Below are positions 9,134 through 17,541 of a stretch of 51,828 nucleotides of DNA, one piece after another (position 1 is the first letter of the stretch; every line of letters starts with the position of its first letter). The notes below the pieces were generated by a model. It was not told where the DNA came from, searched no databases, and saw nothing but the letters and a program-made list of their open reading frames with translations. The stretch is taken from assembly GCA_044233485.1 (NCBI GenBank), contig JBIIJY010000002.1, positions 74,047 through 125,874 on the forward strand, read 5' to 3'. The DNA is from Minisyncoccia bacterium (GTDB lineage: Bacteria; Patescibacteriota; Minisyncoccia; Phycocordibacterales; UBA6065). A program made the translations under genes and the position numbers.

Positions 9134-10664
9134 TGATAGTTCTATGTTTAGGGGTAACCCAGAATCCCATATACTTTCCGAGCATCAAACGAGTCTGTGC
9201 ATCGAGACCTGGAAGTGCACTGAAAATGGTCATGGTGATCGGAACGAGAACCCACTGAAGCACCATAGCCAGTCTAGCAAATTTTCCGACTTGGATTTCT
9301 GGTTTTGGGAGTAGTGACCATGAGATCACTGCCGAGACAATCAATCCAAACATCGCCGCATTCATGAGAAAGGCAGTGATCTGCGGGAGATTATAGGCGA
9401 TCAGAGTTGTATTAAACGCCTGCCCTCCAAGCAAAAGCGGGAGCCAGCCGAGCAAGAGAATAATGAGCGGATGTGTTGCAAGAGACCAAAAGCCCTCTAT
9501 TTGCACGAGCGCCACATAGAGACGCTTCGAGAGTGGTATCGATTTATGCTTTACAAGCATCATCAAAATATACGGAACGTTTTCTGAACCCCAGCCCCAC
9601 CGTCGTTGCTGTTTATAAATATTTACGAGAGTCTGCCAGAAAGTTTCTGTGCAGTTGGCGTCCATCGATACTGGATATGAGAGCGGCACGACACTGTAGT
9701 CGCCGTTATAGGTAGCAAAAGCATTCCAAAAGATTCGTGAGTCCTCTGATACCATGTTGGTCTGCCAAAACCCTACTTCTTCAAGCACACTGAGCGCTAC
9801 TGCATGCGATGAGAACGTCGCGAGTCGCTCTGGCCGTTCCTGTTGAATCATTTGCCAAAAAGTACCCGACACTGCTACGACACGCGAGAGTGCTGGTGAC
9901 TGCCAAAGATTATTATGGTAAAAAGGCACCGGCTGAAATGAACTACGTAATGGCTTATCAGCAGTAATGAAGTGCCATGTGAGACACGAAAAATACTCAG
10001 GATACACTACAGTATCCACATCAAAAGCTGAGACAAGGACTTGAGAACTCACAATCCCTTTTGACTTCATCAACTCAGAGAGTTTCTTCCCCGCAAAAGC
10101 GATGTTTGAACCCTTACCCGCAATCTCACCAATTGTTCCACTTGGGTGAACAAAGGTATTGAAACTTGCAAAGGTGTTACTATACTTTTCTTCTACCTGA
10201 TTGGCAGTGAGAGCGGCTTCATTACCTGCCCGTGCTTCACGAGCCAAGACGATGTGAATTTTTTTCAGATCATAGCGTGACTGAGCGATCGCTTGGAGTG
10301 TCTTATCAACAACCTCGAATGACTCTTTGTAGAAAGGAAGAATGATCGCGTGTTCAACATGATCATACTTCAAGACCTGTAGTCGCTCTGTCCAGTCCAT
10401 CTTCATATGTGTCCGCAGGCGGAGCCAGTTGTGACGCAGGTAGAGCGAGAGATAGAACGTCTTCAAAAGCCAGTAAATATCGAACACGATGACGAGTATC
10501 GCTGCCAGAATTGGGGTAAATTTTGAAAAGACCACGATGAGAATAAGTGTAGTCCAGGCACAGATTCCAGGAACCATCTCGAAAAAACGATACAAGACTC
10601 GGTCTTTGCCGGTCAAATCGAGGGCCCGCCCCACATGAAAGTACGGAGTATTTCTATAATCCAC
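9117..10664 (-). CDS. Membrane-integrated family-2 glycosyltransferase, processive-synthase type
   Basis: 515 aa with TM helices at both ends. Central GT-A-like region and a Q(Q)RRWGWG motif (QxxRW of cellulose/chitin/hyaluronan-synthase-like GT2). GTG start in the track. Confidence 0.6.
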   Translation of the reverse strand: MDYRNTPYFHVGRALDLTGKDRVLYRFFEMVPGICAWTTLILIVVFSKFTPILAAILVIVFDIYWLLKTFYLSLYLRHNWLRLRTHMKMDWTERLQVLKYDHVEHAIILPFYKESFEVVDKTLQAIAQSRYDLKKIHIVLAREARAGNEAALTANQVEEKYSNTFASFNTFVHPSGTIGEIAGKGSNIAFAGKKLSELMKSKGIVSSQVLVSAFDVDTVVYPEYFSCLTWHFITADKPLRSSFQPVPFYHNNLWQSPALSRVVAVSGTFWQMIQQERPERLATFSSHAVALSVLEEVGFWQTNMVSEDSRIFWNAFATYNGDYSVVPLSYPVSMDANCTETFWQTLVNIYKQQRRWGWGSENVPYILMMLVKHKSIPLSKRLYVALVQIEGFWSLATHPLIILLLGWLPLLLGGQAFNTTLIAYNLPQITAFLMNAAMFGLIVSAVISWSLLPKPEIQVGKFARLAMVLQWVLVPITMTIFSALPGLDAQTRLMLGKYMGFWVTPKHRTINEKTN

Positions 10665-10738
10665 AATAGGACTACATTACCAAAAAAACGATAAAATGAA
10701 AGGTTTTTGTTTATTTTATCCTCAGAGTGATTTTATAG

Positions 10739-10936
10739 AGAACGTACGAAGGTACATTCTTGAAGTATGGAACAAAGTGAGCCACTTCCCAGGATCTTTC
10801 CCGCGACTCAAAACTCGCCGTCGCTCGTTTTGGTCTGGGCACCGCCTCGCTATTTTTCGAAGCGAAAAATATAGCTCCGGCGTTCAAGCCTGGACAGAAT
10901 GTACGAAGGTACATTCTTGAAGCATGGAACAAAGTG
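10739..10936 (-). other. tRNA-Thr-linked structured element, class A. Contains the antisense T-loop segment, conserved core and distal duplicate of the tRNA 3' end plus trailer. The proximal repeat copy (10896-10950) extends 14 nt into the tRNA gene, beyond this feature's end
   Basis: 55-bp direct repeat, 10739-10793 vs 10896-10950 (2 mismatches). GTTCAAGCCTGG at 10882-10893 is inverted relative to 10946-10957. Core 10800-10837 is identical to 17247-17284. Confidence 0.8.
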
Positions 10937-11009
10937 AGCCACTTCCCAGGCTTGAACTGGGGACCTACTGTTTACAAAACAGTTGCTCTACCAACTGAGC
11001 TAAAGTGGC
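10937..11009 (-). tRNA. tRNA-Thr (anticodon UGU)
   Basis: Hand-folded cloverleaf: GCCACTT TA GCTC AGTTGGTA GAGC A ACTGT TTTGTAA ACAGT AGGTC CCCAG TTCAAGC CTGGG AAGTGGC T. 73 nt, no encoded CCA. Confidence 0.85.
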
Positions 11010-11014
11010 AGTAT

Positions 11015-11647
11015 TTATTTGTGTTTTTCCACCCAAGATTCTATCACATCATCGCCGGTGATGCGAGTGCTAGCTTCTTGTTCCACAATAACCTGTGAAT
11101 TTGCGGTAGTACGCATCTTCGGGGCCGCATCAGAGTCCACCACTGACTGCTCAGTGTTTTTCTTTGGCTTCCGTGTTCGCTTTACTGGCTCCTTAACTAT
11201 ATTCTCGGTAAGGATAACTTTTTCCACGGGTGTCGCAGTAGCTTGTACCGGTGTCATTTCGACAAAAGTAGTTTTCCGTTGACTCTTCTCTTGCTTGAGG
11301 GCTTCTATGTACCCCGAAGCCACCGCATGCCGCTTGATCTCAGTATGCTTCTTACGAAGATCAAACAATGTGTGATTGATTTTTCGTTTTGAGTATTCGA
11401 AAAAGGCAATCCCTTTTCCATAGATGACAAGCAGGAGTGCGTAGAAAGATTTTTGCGCTTTGAGAAAGAATTCAGGGGCAAATTTACTCTCGATAGAATG
11501 ATAAAGGTCACGTAGTGGCACATCGAGAACTAGCTGCAATCGTTTAAAGACAAGACGTCTCCCTCCACGGACAAATGCCTCGTGCTCAATGAAGACACCC
11601 ACAATCACAAGACCTGATAGGCAAAAGAGTATGAATGGAAACAACAT
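11015..11647 (-). CDS. Hypothetical membrane-anchored, Lys-rich protein
   Basis: 210-aa ORF whose ATG overlaps the tsf stop by 1 nt. N-terminal TM helix. No motif recognised. Confidence 0.5.
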   Translation of the reverse strand: MLFPFILFCLSGLVIVGVFIEHEAFVRGGRRLVFKRLQLVLDVPLRDLYHSIESKFAPEFFLKAQKSFYALLLVIYGKGIAFFEYSKRKINHTLFDLRKKHTEIKRHAVASGYIEALKQEKSQRKTTFVEMTPVQATATPVEKVILTENIVKEPVKRTRKPKKNTEQSVVDSDAAPKMRTTANSQVIVEQEASTRITGDDVIESWVEKHK

Positions 11648-12237
11648 TATTTATCGAGCGTTGCGAAACGAGTGTATCGCTGTAGCTCAACTTTCTCTCC
11701 AAATTTCTGAGTCGCCTGTTCAATGAGATTCTTGATCGTAAGATCCGGATTCTTGATAAACGCCTGCTCGAGAAGAACTTGCTCTTTGAAATATGCATCG
11801 AGCTTACCCTGAAGGATCTTCTCTTTCATCGCTTCTGGTTTACCTTCTACTTCTTTCGCAAACACATCAATCGCTGTCTTTTTATCTTCCTCCTTCACCT
11901 CATCTGATTTTAAGTATCGAGGATTTGTGGCCGCGATATGCATAGCAATGTCGTACGCAAGTGCTTTGAAATCAGGATTCTTTCCGACGAAATCTGTCTC
12001 ACAGGCAAGTTCGACAAGAGTACCAACTGTTCCTGTTGAGTGTACGTATGCAGCGATTGCACCAGCTCCGAGAGTTCGGTCACTTTTCTTTGCGACTGAC
12101 TCAGCTCCTTTTTTTCGGAGAATCACCCGTGCTTTTTCGATATCGCCTTCTGCCTCAATGAGGGCTTTCTGACACTGCATCACTGAAACACCTGTCTCAT
12201 CACGAAGCTGTTTTACGAGTTCTGTCTTGATATTCAT
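11647..12237 (-). CDS. tsf: Elongation factor Ts (short form, 196 aa)
   Basis: UBA-like N-terminus VKQLRDETGVSVMQCQKALIEAEGDIEKARVILRKKG, then LVELACETDFVGKN. Lies downstream of rpsB as in the canonical operon. Confidence 0.9.
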   Translation of the reverse strand: MNIKTELVKQLRDETGVSVMQCQKALIEAEGDIEKARVILRKKGAESVAKKSDRTLGAGAIAAYVHSTGTVGTLVELACETDFVGKNPDFKALAYDIAMHIAATNPRYLKSDEVKEEDKKTAIDVFAKEVEGKPEAMKEKILQGKLDAYFKEQVLLEQAFIKNPDLTIKNLIEQATQKFGEKVELQRYTRFATLDK

Positions 12238-12302
12238 AGAAAATAAATTAATACCGACAACTACTTTAGGATACGCCAGAGTGGCGTGGGACGCAAGAAG
12301 GC

Positions 12303-13037
12303 TTATGCCTGTGGAGCTTCTTTCTTCTCTACTGGAGTAGAAGAATACGCTGTAGCGAGACGCTTCAAGAAAAGGTTGATACTTGTTCGTGAAGAATCGT
12401 TACCAAGTACTGGGTACTCGATATCTGAAACATCACAGTCAGTGTTTGCGATTGCAATCACAGGGATATGAGCCTTTCGAGCTTCAAGTACCGCTGCAAT
12501 TTCCTTTTTCGGATCAACAACAATCATTGCCTTTGGAAGCTTTTTCATTGAAACAATACCACCGAAGAGTGATTCGAGGTGGAGAATCTCTTTGTCGATC
12601 TGCATTCGTTCCCATTTAGTATATTTTGCAAGCTCACCCTTCGCTCGCTCTGTCTGAAGACGTTCCATCTTCTCGACTCGCTTCTTGATTTCTGTAAAGT
12701 TTGTGATCACACCACCGATCCATCGTCCAGCAACGAATGGCTGATTGATAGAACTTGCAACATTTCGAATCACTTCAAGTGCTTCTTTCTTTGAACCAAT
12801 AATGAGGTTCTGTTCACCTGTCGCAGCAATACTTGAGACAAACTTCTCTGCATTGAGGAGCAATTCTCGAGTCTTTTCAAGATCAAAAATCTCAAGATTG
12901 TTCTTTACACCAAAGACATAATTCTTTGTACTTGGGTGGCGTCGTGATTTTGAGAGTCCAAAATGTGCTCCCGACTTAAAAAGCTGGTCGGTGAGCATTT
13001 CGAGACTTTTATCGTTTTTTACGGTTGTTTCTGACAT
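12303..13037 (-). CDS. rpsB: 30S ribosomal protein S2
   Basis: LFKSGAHFGLSKSRRHPSTKNYVFGVKNNLEIFDLEKT and IVVDPKKEIAAVLEARKAHIPVIAIANTDCD are S2-typical. Confidence 0.92.
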   Translation of the reverse strand: MSETTVKNDKSLEMLTDQLFKSGAHFGLSKSRRHPSTKNYVFGVKNNLEIFDLEKTRELLLNAEKFVSSIAATGEQNLIIGSKKEALEVIRNVASSINQPFVAGRWIGGVITNFTEIKKRVEKMERLQTERAKGELAKYTKWERMQIDKEILHLESLFGGIVSMKKLPKAMIVVDPKKEIAAVLEARKAHIPVIAIANTDCDVSDIEYPVLGNDSSRTSINLFLKRLATAYSSTPVEKKEAPQA

Positions 13038-13071
13038 GGTCGAAATACTCTAACAGAAAATCATACTAATT

Positions 13072-14052
13072 TCAACTCTCATCAGCATCTGAGGCCTCAA
13101 AGCTACCCGTGGCCGCTCGTTCGTTAATAAAATCAATCATTTTACCGATTTCTCCCTCCATGATTCGCTCGATACCGTGCCATGACTCTTTTACTCGATG
13201 ATCAGTGATGCGATCTTGTGGAAAGTTGTAGGTGCGGATCTTTTCTGAGCGATCTCCTGTACCAATCTGAGCTTTTTTGTCTCCGGCAAATTTCTTCGCT
13301 TCTTCCTCCTCTTTCATCTGCTGTAGTTTAACGCCAAGGAGCGCCATCGCGAGATCTCGGTTCTTGTGCTGACTTCGCTCAGAGGTACACTTCACCACAA
13401 TACCAGAAGGTTTGTGTGTGAGACGGACAGCAGTCTCGACTTTATTCACGTTCTGGCCACCTTTTCCACCAGAACGAGTAAACTCAATGAGCACATCCGC
13501 TGGATTGATTTCAAAATTGAGCTTTTTACGAATCGGCATGATCGACACGGCCACCGTTGACGTATGGATACGCCCCATCTTCTCAGTCGCCGGAACACGC
13601 TGCACACGATGCACACCAGTCTCATACCGGAGCTCCTTATACACACCGAGACCATGAATCTCGAATGAAGCTTCCTTATAACCACCCAAATCATTCTCAG
13701 ACTCATCAAGCACTTTCCATGTCCACCCTTTAGATTCAACATAGGCACGGTACATTCCAGCGAGTTGATAGGCAAAAAGCGCCGCTTCATCCCCACCCGC
13801 TCCCGCTCGTATTTCCATGACCACTTCATTTGGAAATTCCTCTTCTTGTTTTTCCGCGTCGAGGATTTTTTGTACTTCTTCTTCAATACTCTGCTTCTGG
13901 AGACGCACCGAAACGAGATCCTCCTCAGCGAGCTCTTTCATACTCGGGTCGGCTGCCAATGCCAAAAGCTCTTGTTCCTTGGCGACAAGGTCGTCATGCA
14001 TTGATCCGAAGTGAGCAGTTTTGTGATTTTTCTTTATCTCGTTCCAGTCCAT
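13072..14052 (-). CDS. prfA: Peptide chain release factor 1
   Basis: GGQ motif ([16 protein letters not shown]). RF1-type PxT tripeptide (PAT in [14 protein letters not shown]). I moved the start to the ATG at 14052: the track start at 14073 is TTG and lies inside the terminator, and TACAAT at 14060-14065 lies 7 nt upstream of the ATG. Confidence 0.88.
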   Translation of the reverse strand: MDWNEIKKNHKTAHFGSMHDDLVAKEQELLALAADPSMKELAEEDLVSVRLQKQSIEEEVQKILDAEKQEEEFPNEVVMEIRAGAGGDEAALFAYQLAGMYRAYVESKGWTWKVLDESENDLGGYKEASFEIHGLGVYKELRYETGVHRVQRVPATEKMGRIHTSTVAVSIMPIRKKLNFEINPADVLIEFTRSGGKGGQNVNKVETAVRLTHKPSGIVVKCTSERSQHKNRDLAMALLGVKLQQMKEEEEAKKFAGDKKAQIGTGDRSEKIRTYNFPQDRITDHRVKESWHGIERIMEGEIGKMIDFINERAATGSFEASDADES

Positions 14053-14071
14053 AGTAGTGATTGTAGCAAAC

Positions 14072-14103
14072 AAAAAAGCGCCTCACGAATGTGGCGCTTT
14101 TTT
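14072..14103 (-). terminator. Rho-independent terminator after rpmE (bidirectional shape)
   Basis: AAAAAAGCGCC-(10 nt)-GGCGCTTTTTT. A 6-bp GC stem flanked by A and T runs. Confidence 0.7.
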
Positions 14104-14112
14104 GGGAGTGTG

Positions 14113-14379
14113 TTATTTCTTTGTCGCTTTAGTAGCACCAGCTCGTCGTGCCTTAAACTTCTCGACTCGTCCTGCCGTGTCGATTAGACTTTCGTTTCCT
14201 GTATAGAATGGGTGTGACGCACTCGTAATTTCGAGTCGGAACAATGGGTACTCTTTACCATCAGTCCACTTGTCAGTTTCAGTAGTCTTAATTGTCGAAC
14301 CAATCAAAAAGCGAGCGCCGTTTGAGTTATCATGAAAGATTACCTTTCGGTGATCTGCTGGATGTATGTCTTTCTTCAT
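14113..14379 (-). CDS. rpmE: 50S ribosomal protein L31 (type B, no CxxC zinc motif)
   Basis: MKKDIHP...SASHPFYTGNESLIDTAGRVEKF. No Cys pairs. Confidence 0.88.
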   Translation of the reverse strand: MKKDIHPADHRKVIFHDNSNGARFLIGSTIKTTETDKWTDGKEYPLFRLEITSASHPFYTGNESLIDTAGRVEKFKARRAGATKATKK

Positions 14380-14418
14380 GGGAATACCATAACACGAGGG
14401 AACGATAAAAACAAGATG

Positions 14419-15756
14419 CTATTTAATGATATCGATCTGCTTCTGATACTGATCAGCGTACTCCATTACATCGTTACCATAGAAGGCAAACTGGGGTTTT
14501 GAGGCATTAGCCCAGCCAGCAAGATATCGTAGTGCCGCGAGTCGCTCAGCCGAGCGGGTACCGGCAGCAGCGCCGTTTTCTTTTGAAAGGAGCGCCATGG
14601 CCATAATTGCATCAGCCGGATCCCACGGATCTGAAGGACTGTCTTTTCCAAGGAGATTTCGCACCTTGTCTTTCTCAGCCGAGTACCGCCATGTCTCGGG
14701 CGTCGAACTGATCTTTTCATACCCACCAAAGAGTACCCAGGTGATTGGAATAAATTGCGCAGGACCCATCGCCCCTCCCCAGCCATACCAGGGCTTCTTT
14801 GAAACTGGCGTCTTATCCGGATCACGGCCAAGAGCACTCGTAATGGCAATGAATTCTGCGTGGTCTCGTGGCGGCATATCTACCTTCCAATTCCCCGTCC
14901 CGACATTTTGCCCGAGATTACTTTCCACTCGGAGGATGCCAAGCAAGAAGGCTGGTCGCACGCCAGTCTGTCGTGATGCCTGGAGCGCTAGTTCATAGGC
15001 TCGCTCAAATGAGATCGCCCCACTGTCACGGAGCTTAAAGAGCTCTGCTCGGATCTGTGCAGCTGACCTGGTCTTCTCCGCGAGGATTTTCTGATATACC
15101 GCCTCACGCCCTTTGGTTTCTTTTAGAAGAGCATCTTTTTCTTTTTGGGCAGCAACCGACTTCTGACGTTCAAGTTCTTGAACCTTACGCAGGCCAATCT
15201 GCTCCTCCTGCTTTTCCTCGAGGCTCTTTTTTGCCTCTTCCGTATCTTTTCGAGTCACTTTTATTTTTTCTCCTGACTCAGCCAGAGCTTTATGCAGACT
15301 CACAAAATCCCCTGCATCTTCATACGCCTTAGAGAATTTCTTTCCGGAGAGGATAATCTCAGGGAGCGTAAGCCCGTCGAGTTCATGCATGCGTCGCACT
15401 GTCTCCGAAAAAGACGCTTGCTCCCGAATCAGTTTTGCATCAAGACCTTTGATGTCATCTTCTTTATCATCGATATCCGCTGCCAGTTTGCGAATCGCCA
15501 AATCACGTGCCTGTATTGAAAGTTTTGCTCTGTTTATCTGTGCCGTGAGGATACTCACATCTCGCTCGAGCGACACACGCTTTCCCTGCTCAGTGGCCAC
15601 CACCTGCTCTTGCTTTTTGATTTCTGCTTCGAGACTTTCGAGTTGTCGCTGAAGTTCCTGACGACGTTCAGCGGTAAGCGCCTGCGCATGCACCTGATGA
15701 GGTGTAGAGAAGAAGAGACTCGTAACAACAAAAATAGGTATGAGGAAAAACTTCAC
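14419..15756 (-). CDS. Secreted coiled-coil protein with a C-terminal lytic-transglycosylase-like domain
   Basis: Signal peptide and a long Glu/Lys/Gln-rich coiled coil. Then LGILRVESNLGQNVG (catalytic ES) and GAMGPAQFIPITW. GTG start with TATACT at 15763-15768. Confidence 0.65.
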   Translation of the reverse strand: MKFFLIPIFVVTSLFFSTPHQVHAQALTAERRQELQRQLESLEAEIKKQEQVVATEQGKRVSLERDVSILTAQINRAKLSIQARDLAIRKLAADIDDKEDDIKGLDAKLIREQASFSETVRRMHELDGLTLPEIILSGKKFSKAYEDAGDFVSLHKALAESGEKIKVTRKDTEEAKKSLEEKQEEQIGLRKVQELERQKSVAAQKEKDALLKETKGREAVYQKILAEKTRSAAQIRAELFKLRDSGAISFERAYELALQASRQTGVRPAFLLGILRVESNLGQNVGTGNWKVDMPPRDHAEFIAITSALGRDPDKTPVSKKPWYGWGGAMGPAQFIPITWVLFGGYEKISSTPETWRYSAEKDKVRNLLGKDSPSDPWDPADAIMAMALLSKENGAAAGTRSAERLAALRYLAGWANASKPQFAFYGNDVMEYADQYQKQIDIIK

Positions 15757-15783
15757 CGCTTCAGTATATCAGAAAGTTATGAG

Positions 15784-16245
15784 TTAGTTACAGAGGGAGT
15801 TTGTGATTGCATTGGCTGGAGTATTGGTAGTCACAGACGCTCGCCCTGCTGAATCGACACAAAACGCCTGAGCAGTGTTTGTCTGAAGCTGTACTGCCAC
15901 TGCGTAGTTTGTACCATCTGAGCTGCAGGCACTGTTGGCTGCACCTCCGGCATCATCATAGGCACTCTGGATGACATTAAAAGCATTTTGATCACCAAAA
16001 ATACTTGTTCCGGCAGTAAATGTTGCAGGACAAGCTGCCTCAGCGCGAGTACCATAACTCCCATTGTTATCGAGATGATAGACACCAGCTTGAGCACGGA
16101 GATTGACGAGACCCTGACGAATAGCAGCGTCTCGCCCTCGTGCTCGAGCAGTGTTGAGTGATGATAAGACAACCCCAGAGAGCATACCAATGATCGCGAT
16201 CACCACGAGAAGTTCAATAAGCGTAAAACCTTTATGTTGAATCAT
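15784..16245 (-). CDS. Type IV pilin (short leader; major-pilin candidate)
   Basis: MIQHKG|[34 protein letters not shown]. Cys pairs in the C-terminal half. TACAAT at 16252-16257 lies 6 nt upstream of the ATG. Confidence 0.88.
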   Translation of the reverse strand: MIQHKGFTLIELLVVIAIIGMLSGVVLSSLNTARARGRDAAIRQGLVNLRAQAGVYHLDNNGSYGTRAEAACPATFTAGTSIFGDQNAFNVIQSAYDDAGGAANSACSSDGTNYAVAVQLQTNTAQAFCVDSAGRASVTTNTPANAITNSLCN

Positions 16246-16296
16246 GCAATAATTGTATCGTGAAAAAAGACATTATGAGCTCTGAATGTGGAAAAC

Positions 16297-16323
16297 AAAA
16301 AAACCCACCTAAGTGGGTTTTTT
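16297..16323 (-). terminator. Rho-independent terminator between the two pilin genes
   Basis: AAAAAAACCCAC-CTAA-GTGGGTTTTTTT. Confidence 0.75.
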
Positions 16324-16340
16324 GAGCAATGCTAAGAATT

Positions 16341-16838
16341 TTATTCAACACAAGCACCCGAAGAGTTGACCTCAGCAGTGACTCCAGCCTGGTCATTCGT
16401 TGCAATTGTTACCTGTCTCGACTTACCAGTACTGTCTATACACCAACCCGTCAGAGGATTCTCTCTTAACTGAACAACAACAGCGTATGCAGTCTGGTTC
16501 GCTGTTGAAGAACAAGCTGTAAAACCACCCTGAGTATCTGCTGCCGCGATCGCTGCCTGAACTTGTGTTTGTGCAAAAATTGTGTCAGCTGTTGTAGGAC
16601 AAGTAGCTGGAGCAACAGCCGCTGAAGCACAAGATCCGGCACCATCTCCGTAACAACCTTGAGTATCGAATGTCAATTCTGCCTGAGCTCTAATTCCAGA
16701 CAGGTTCGCTTTAATGTTAGTATCAGCCCCCTTACTTCGTGCTGTGTTCAATGAAGCAAGAACCACAGACGAAAGAATACCGATAATCGCAATCACCACG
16801 AGAAGTTCAATAAGCGTAAAACCTTTTAATAATTTCAT
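16341..16838 (-). CDS. Type IV pilin (short leader; major-pilin candidate)
   Basis: MKLLKG|[33 protein letters not shown]. Paralog of 15784..16245. Confidence 0.88.
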   Translation of the reverse strand: MKLLKGFTLIELLVVIAIIGILSSVVLASLNTARSKGADTNIKANLSGIRAQAELTFDTQGCYGDGAGSCASAAVAPATCPTTADTIFAQTQVQAAIAAADTQGGFTACSSTANQTAYAVVVQLRENPLTGWCIDSTGKSRQVTIATNDQAGVTAEVNSSGACVE

Positions 16839-16974
16839 ATAAGTAATCTAATTTCTAAATCCAATTAAACGTTTAATTTTAAGAAAGTTACCTTTCATAC
16901 CATTGTCCATGGACATGACAACGATACATACAAGTATAGCGACTATCAGCTGGTCAAAATCGAGTATGTGGATA

Positions 16975-17223
16975 CTAGACCTTCTCGAACCTTGTCTTCT
17001 CTATGCCTTGATAGATGACCTTTTCAAACCACTGATCAAGAGGCCGAGTGAAAAAATTGGCGTCGGCATTCTCGTAGAGTGGCTTATAGACAACCATCCA
17101 GATGTCGTCATTTGAATGAATCGCGAGACCGACCACCTTGTAGAGGTCACCTTTATAGTGGCGGTACCGCTCTCCTGCGACAGGAACTCTCGGAGGTAAC
17201 AGTGGGATTATCCCTTTGGTCAT
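16975..17223 (-). CDS. DUF1653-like small protein
   Basis: GERYRHYKGDLYKVVGLAIHSNDDIWMVVYKPLY pattern as I remember for DUF1653. The ATG lies inside the duplicated tRNA-Asp trailer. Confidence 0.55.
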   Translation of the reverse strand: MTKGIIPLLPPRVPVAGERYRHYKGDLYKVVGLAIHSNDDIWMVVYKPLYENADANFFTRPLDQWFEKVIYQGIEKTRFEKV

Positions 17224-17401
17224 TTTTGCGCGCCCGACCGGACTTGCCCGCGACTCAAAACTCGCCGTCGCTCGTTTTGGTCTGTACCACAGGAGTACTT
17301 CTAGTTTGATAAATCAAACTATGTCGAGCACCGCCTCGCTATGTTTCGGAGCGAAACATATAGCTCCGGCGTTCAAGTCCGAAAAACACTTCGTATTTTT
17401 G
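17222..17401 (-). other. tRNA-Asp-linked structured element, class A. Contains the antisense T-arm segment, conserved core with an extra hairpin, and distal duplicate of the tRNA 3' end. The proximal repeat copy (17395-17419) extends 18 nt into the tRNA gene, beyond this feature's end
   Basis: 25-bp direct repeat, 17222-17246 = 17395-17419. GTTCAAGTCCG at 17371-17381 is inverted relative to 17412-17422. Core blocks 17247-17284 and 17329-17377 match the Thr copy 38/38 and 46/49. Confidence 0.8.
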
Positions 17402-17477
17402 CGCGCCCGACCGGACTTGAACCGGCGACCTCTCCCGTGACAGGGGAGCGCTCTAACCAAAACTGAGCTACGGGCGC
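17402..17477 (-). tRNA. tRNA-Asp (anticodon GUC)
   Basis: GCGCCCG TA GCTC AGTTTTGGTTA GAGC G CTCCC CTGTCAC GGGAG AGGTC GCCGG TTCAAGT CCGGT CGGGCGC G. 76 nt, no encoded CCA. Confidence 0.85.
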
Positions 17478-17541
17478 AATAAAATACATGTTATCAGACT
17501 CTGTGGATTTTTCAAACTAAACCTTCTGTATACTAGACATC

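Noticed and set aside
10696-10932. ORFs 10696..10920 (+) and 10711..10932 (-) in the supplied track
   Set aside because: They lie entirely across the tRNA-Thr 3' duplicate and the conserved hairpin element. They have no coding-like composition, no start context and no recognisable motif. I treat the region as non-coding.
17079-17440. ORFs 17079..17309 (+) and 17216..17440 (+)
   Set aside because: They run antisense through the DUF1653 gene, the class-A element and tRNA-Asp. Their similarity to the 10.8-kb ORFs is explained by the shared DNA element, not by a protein.
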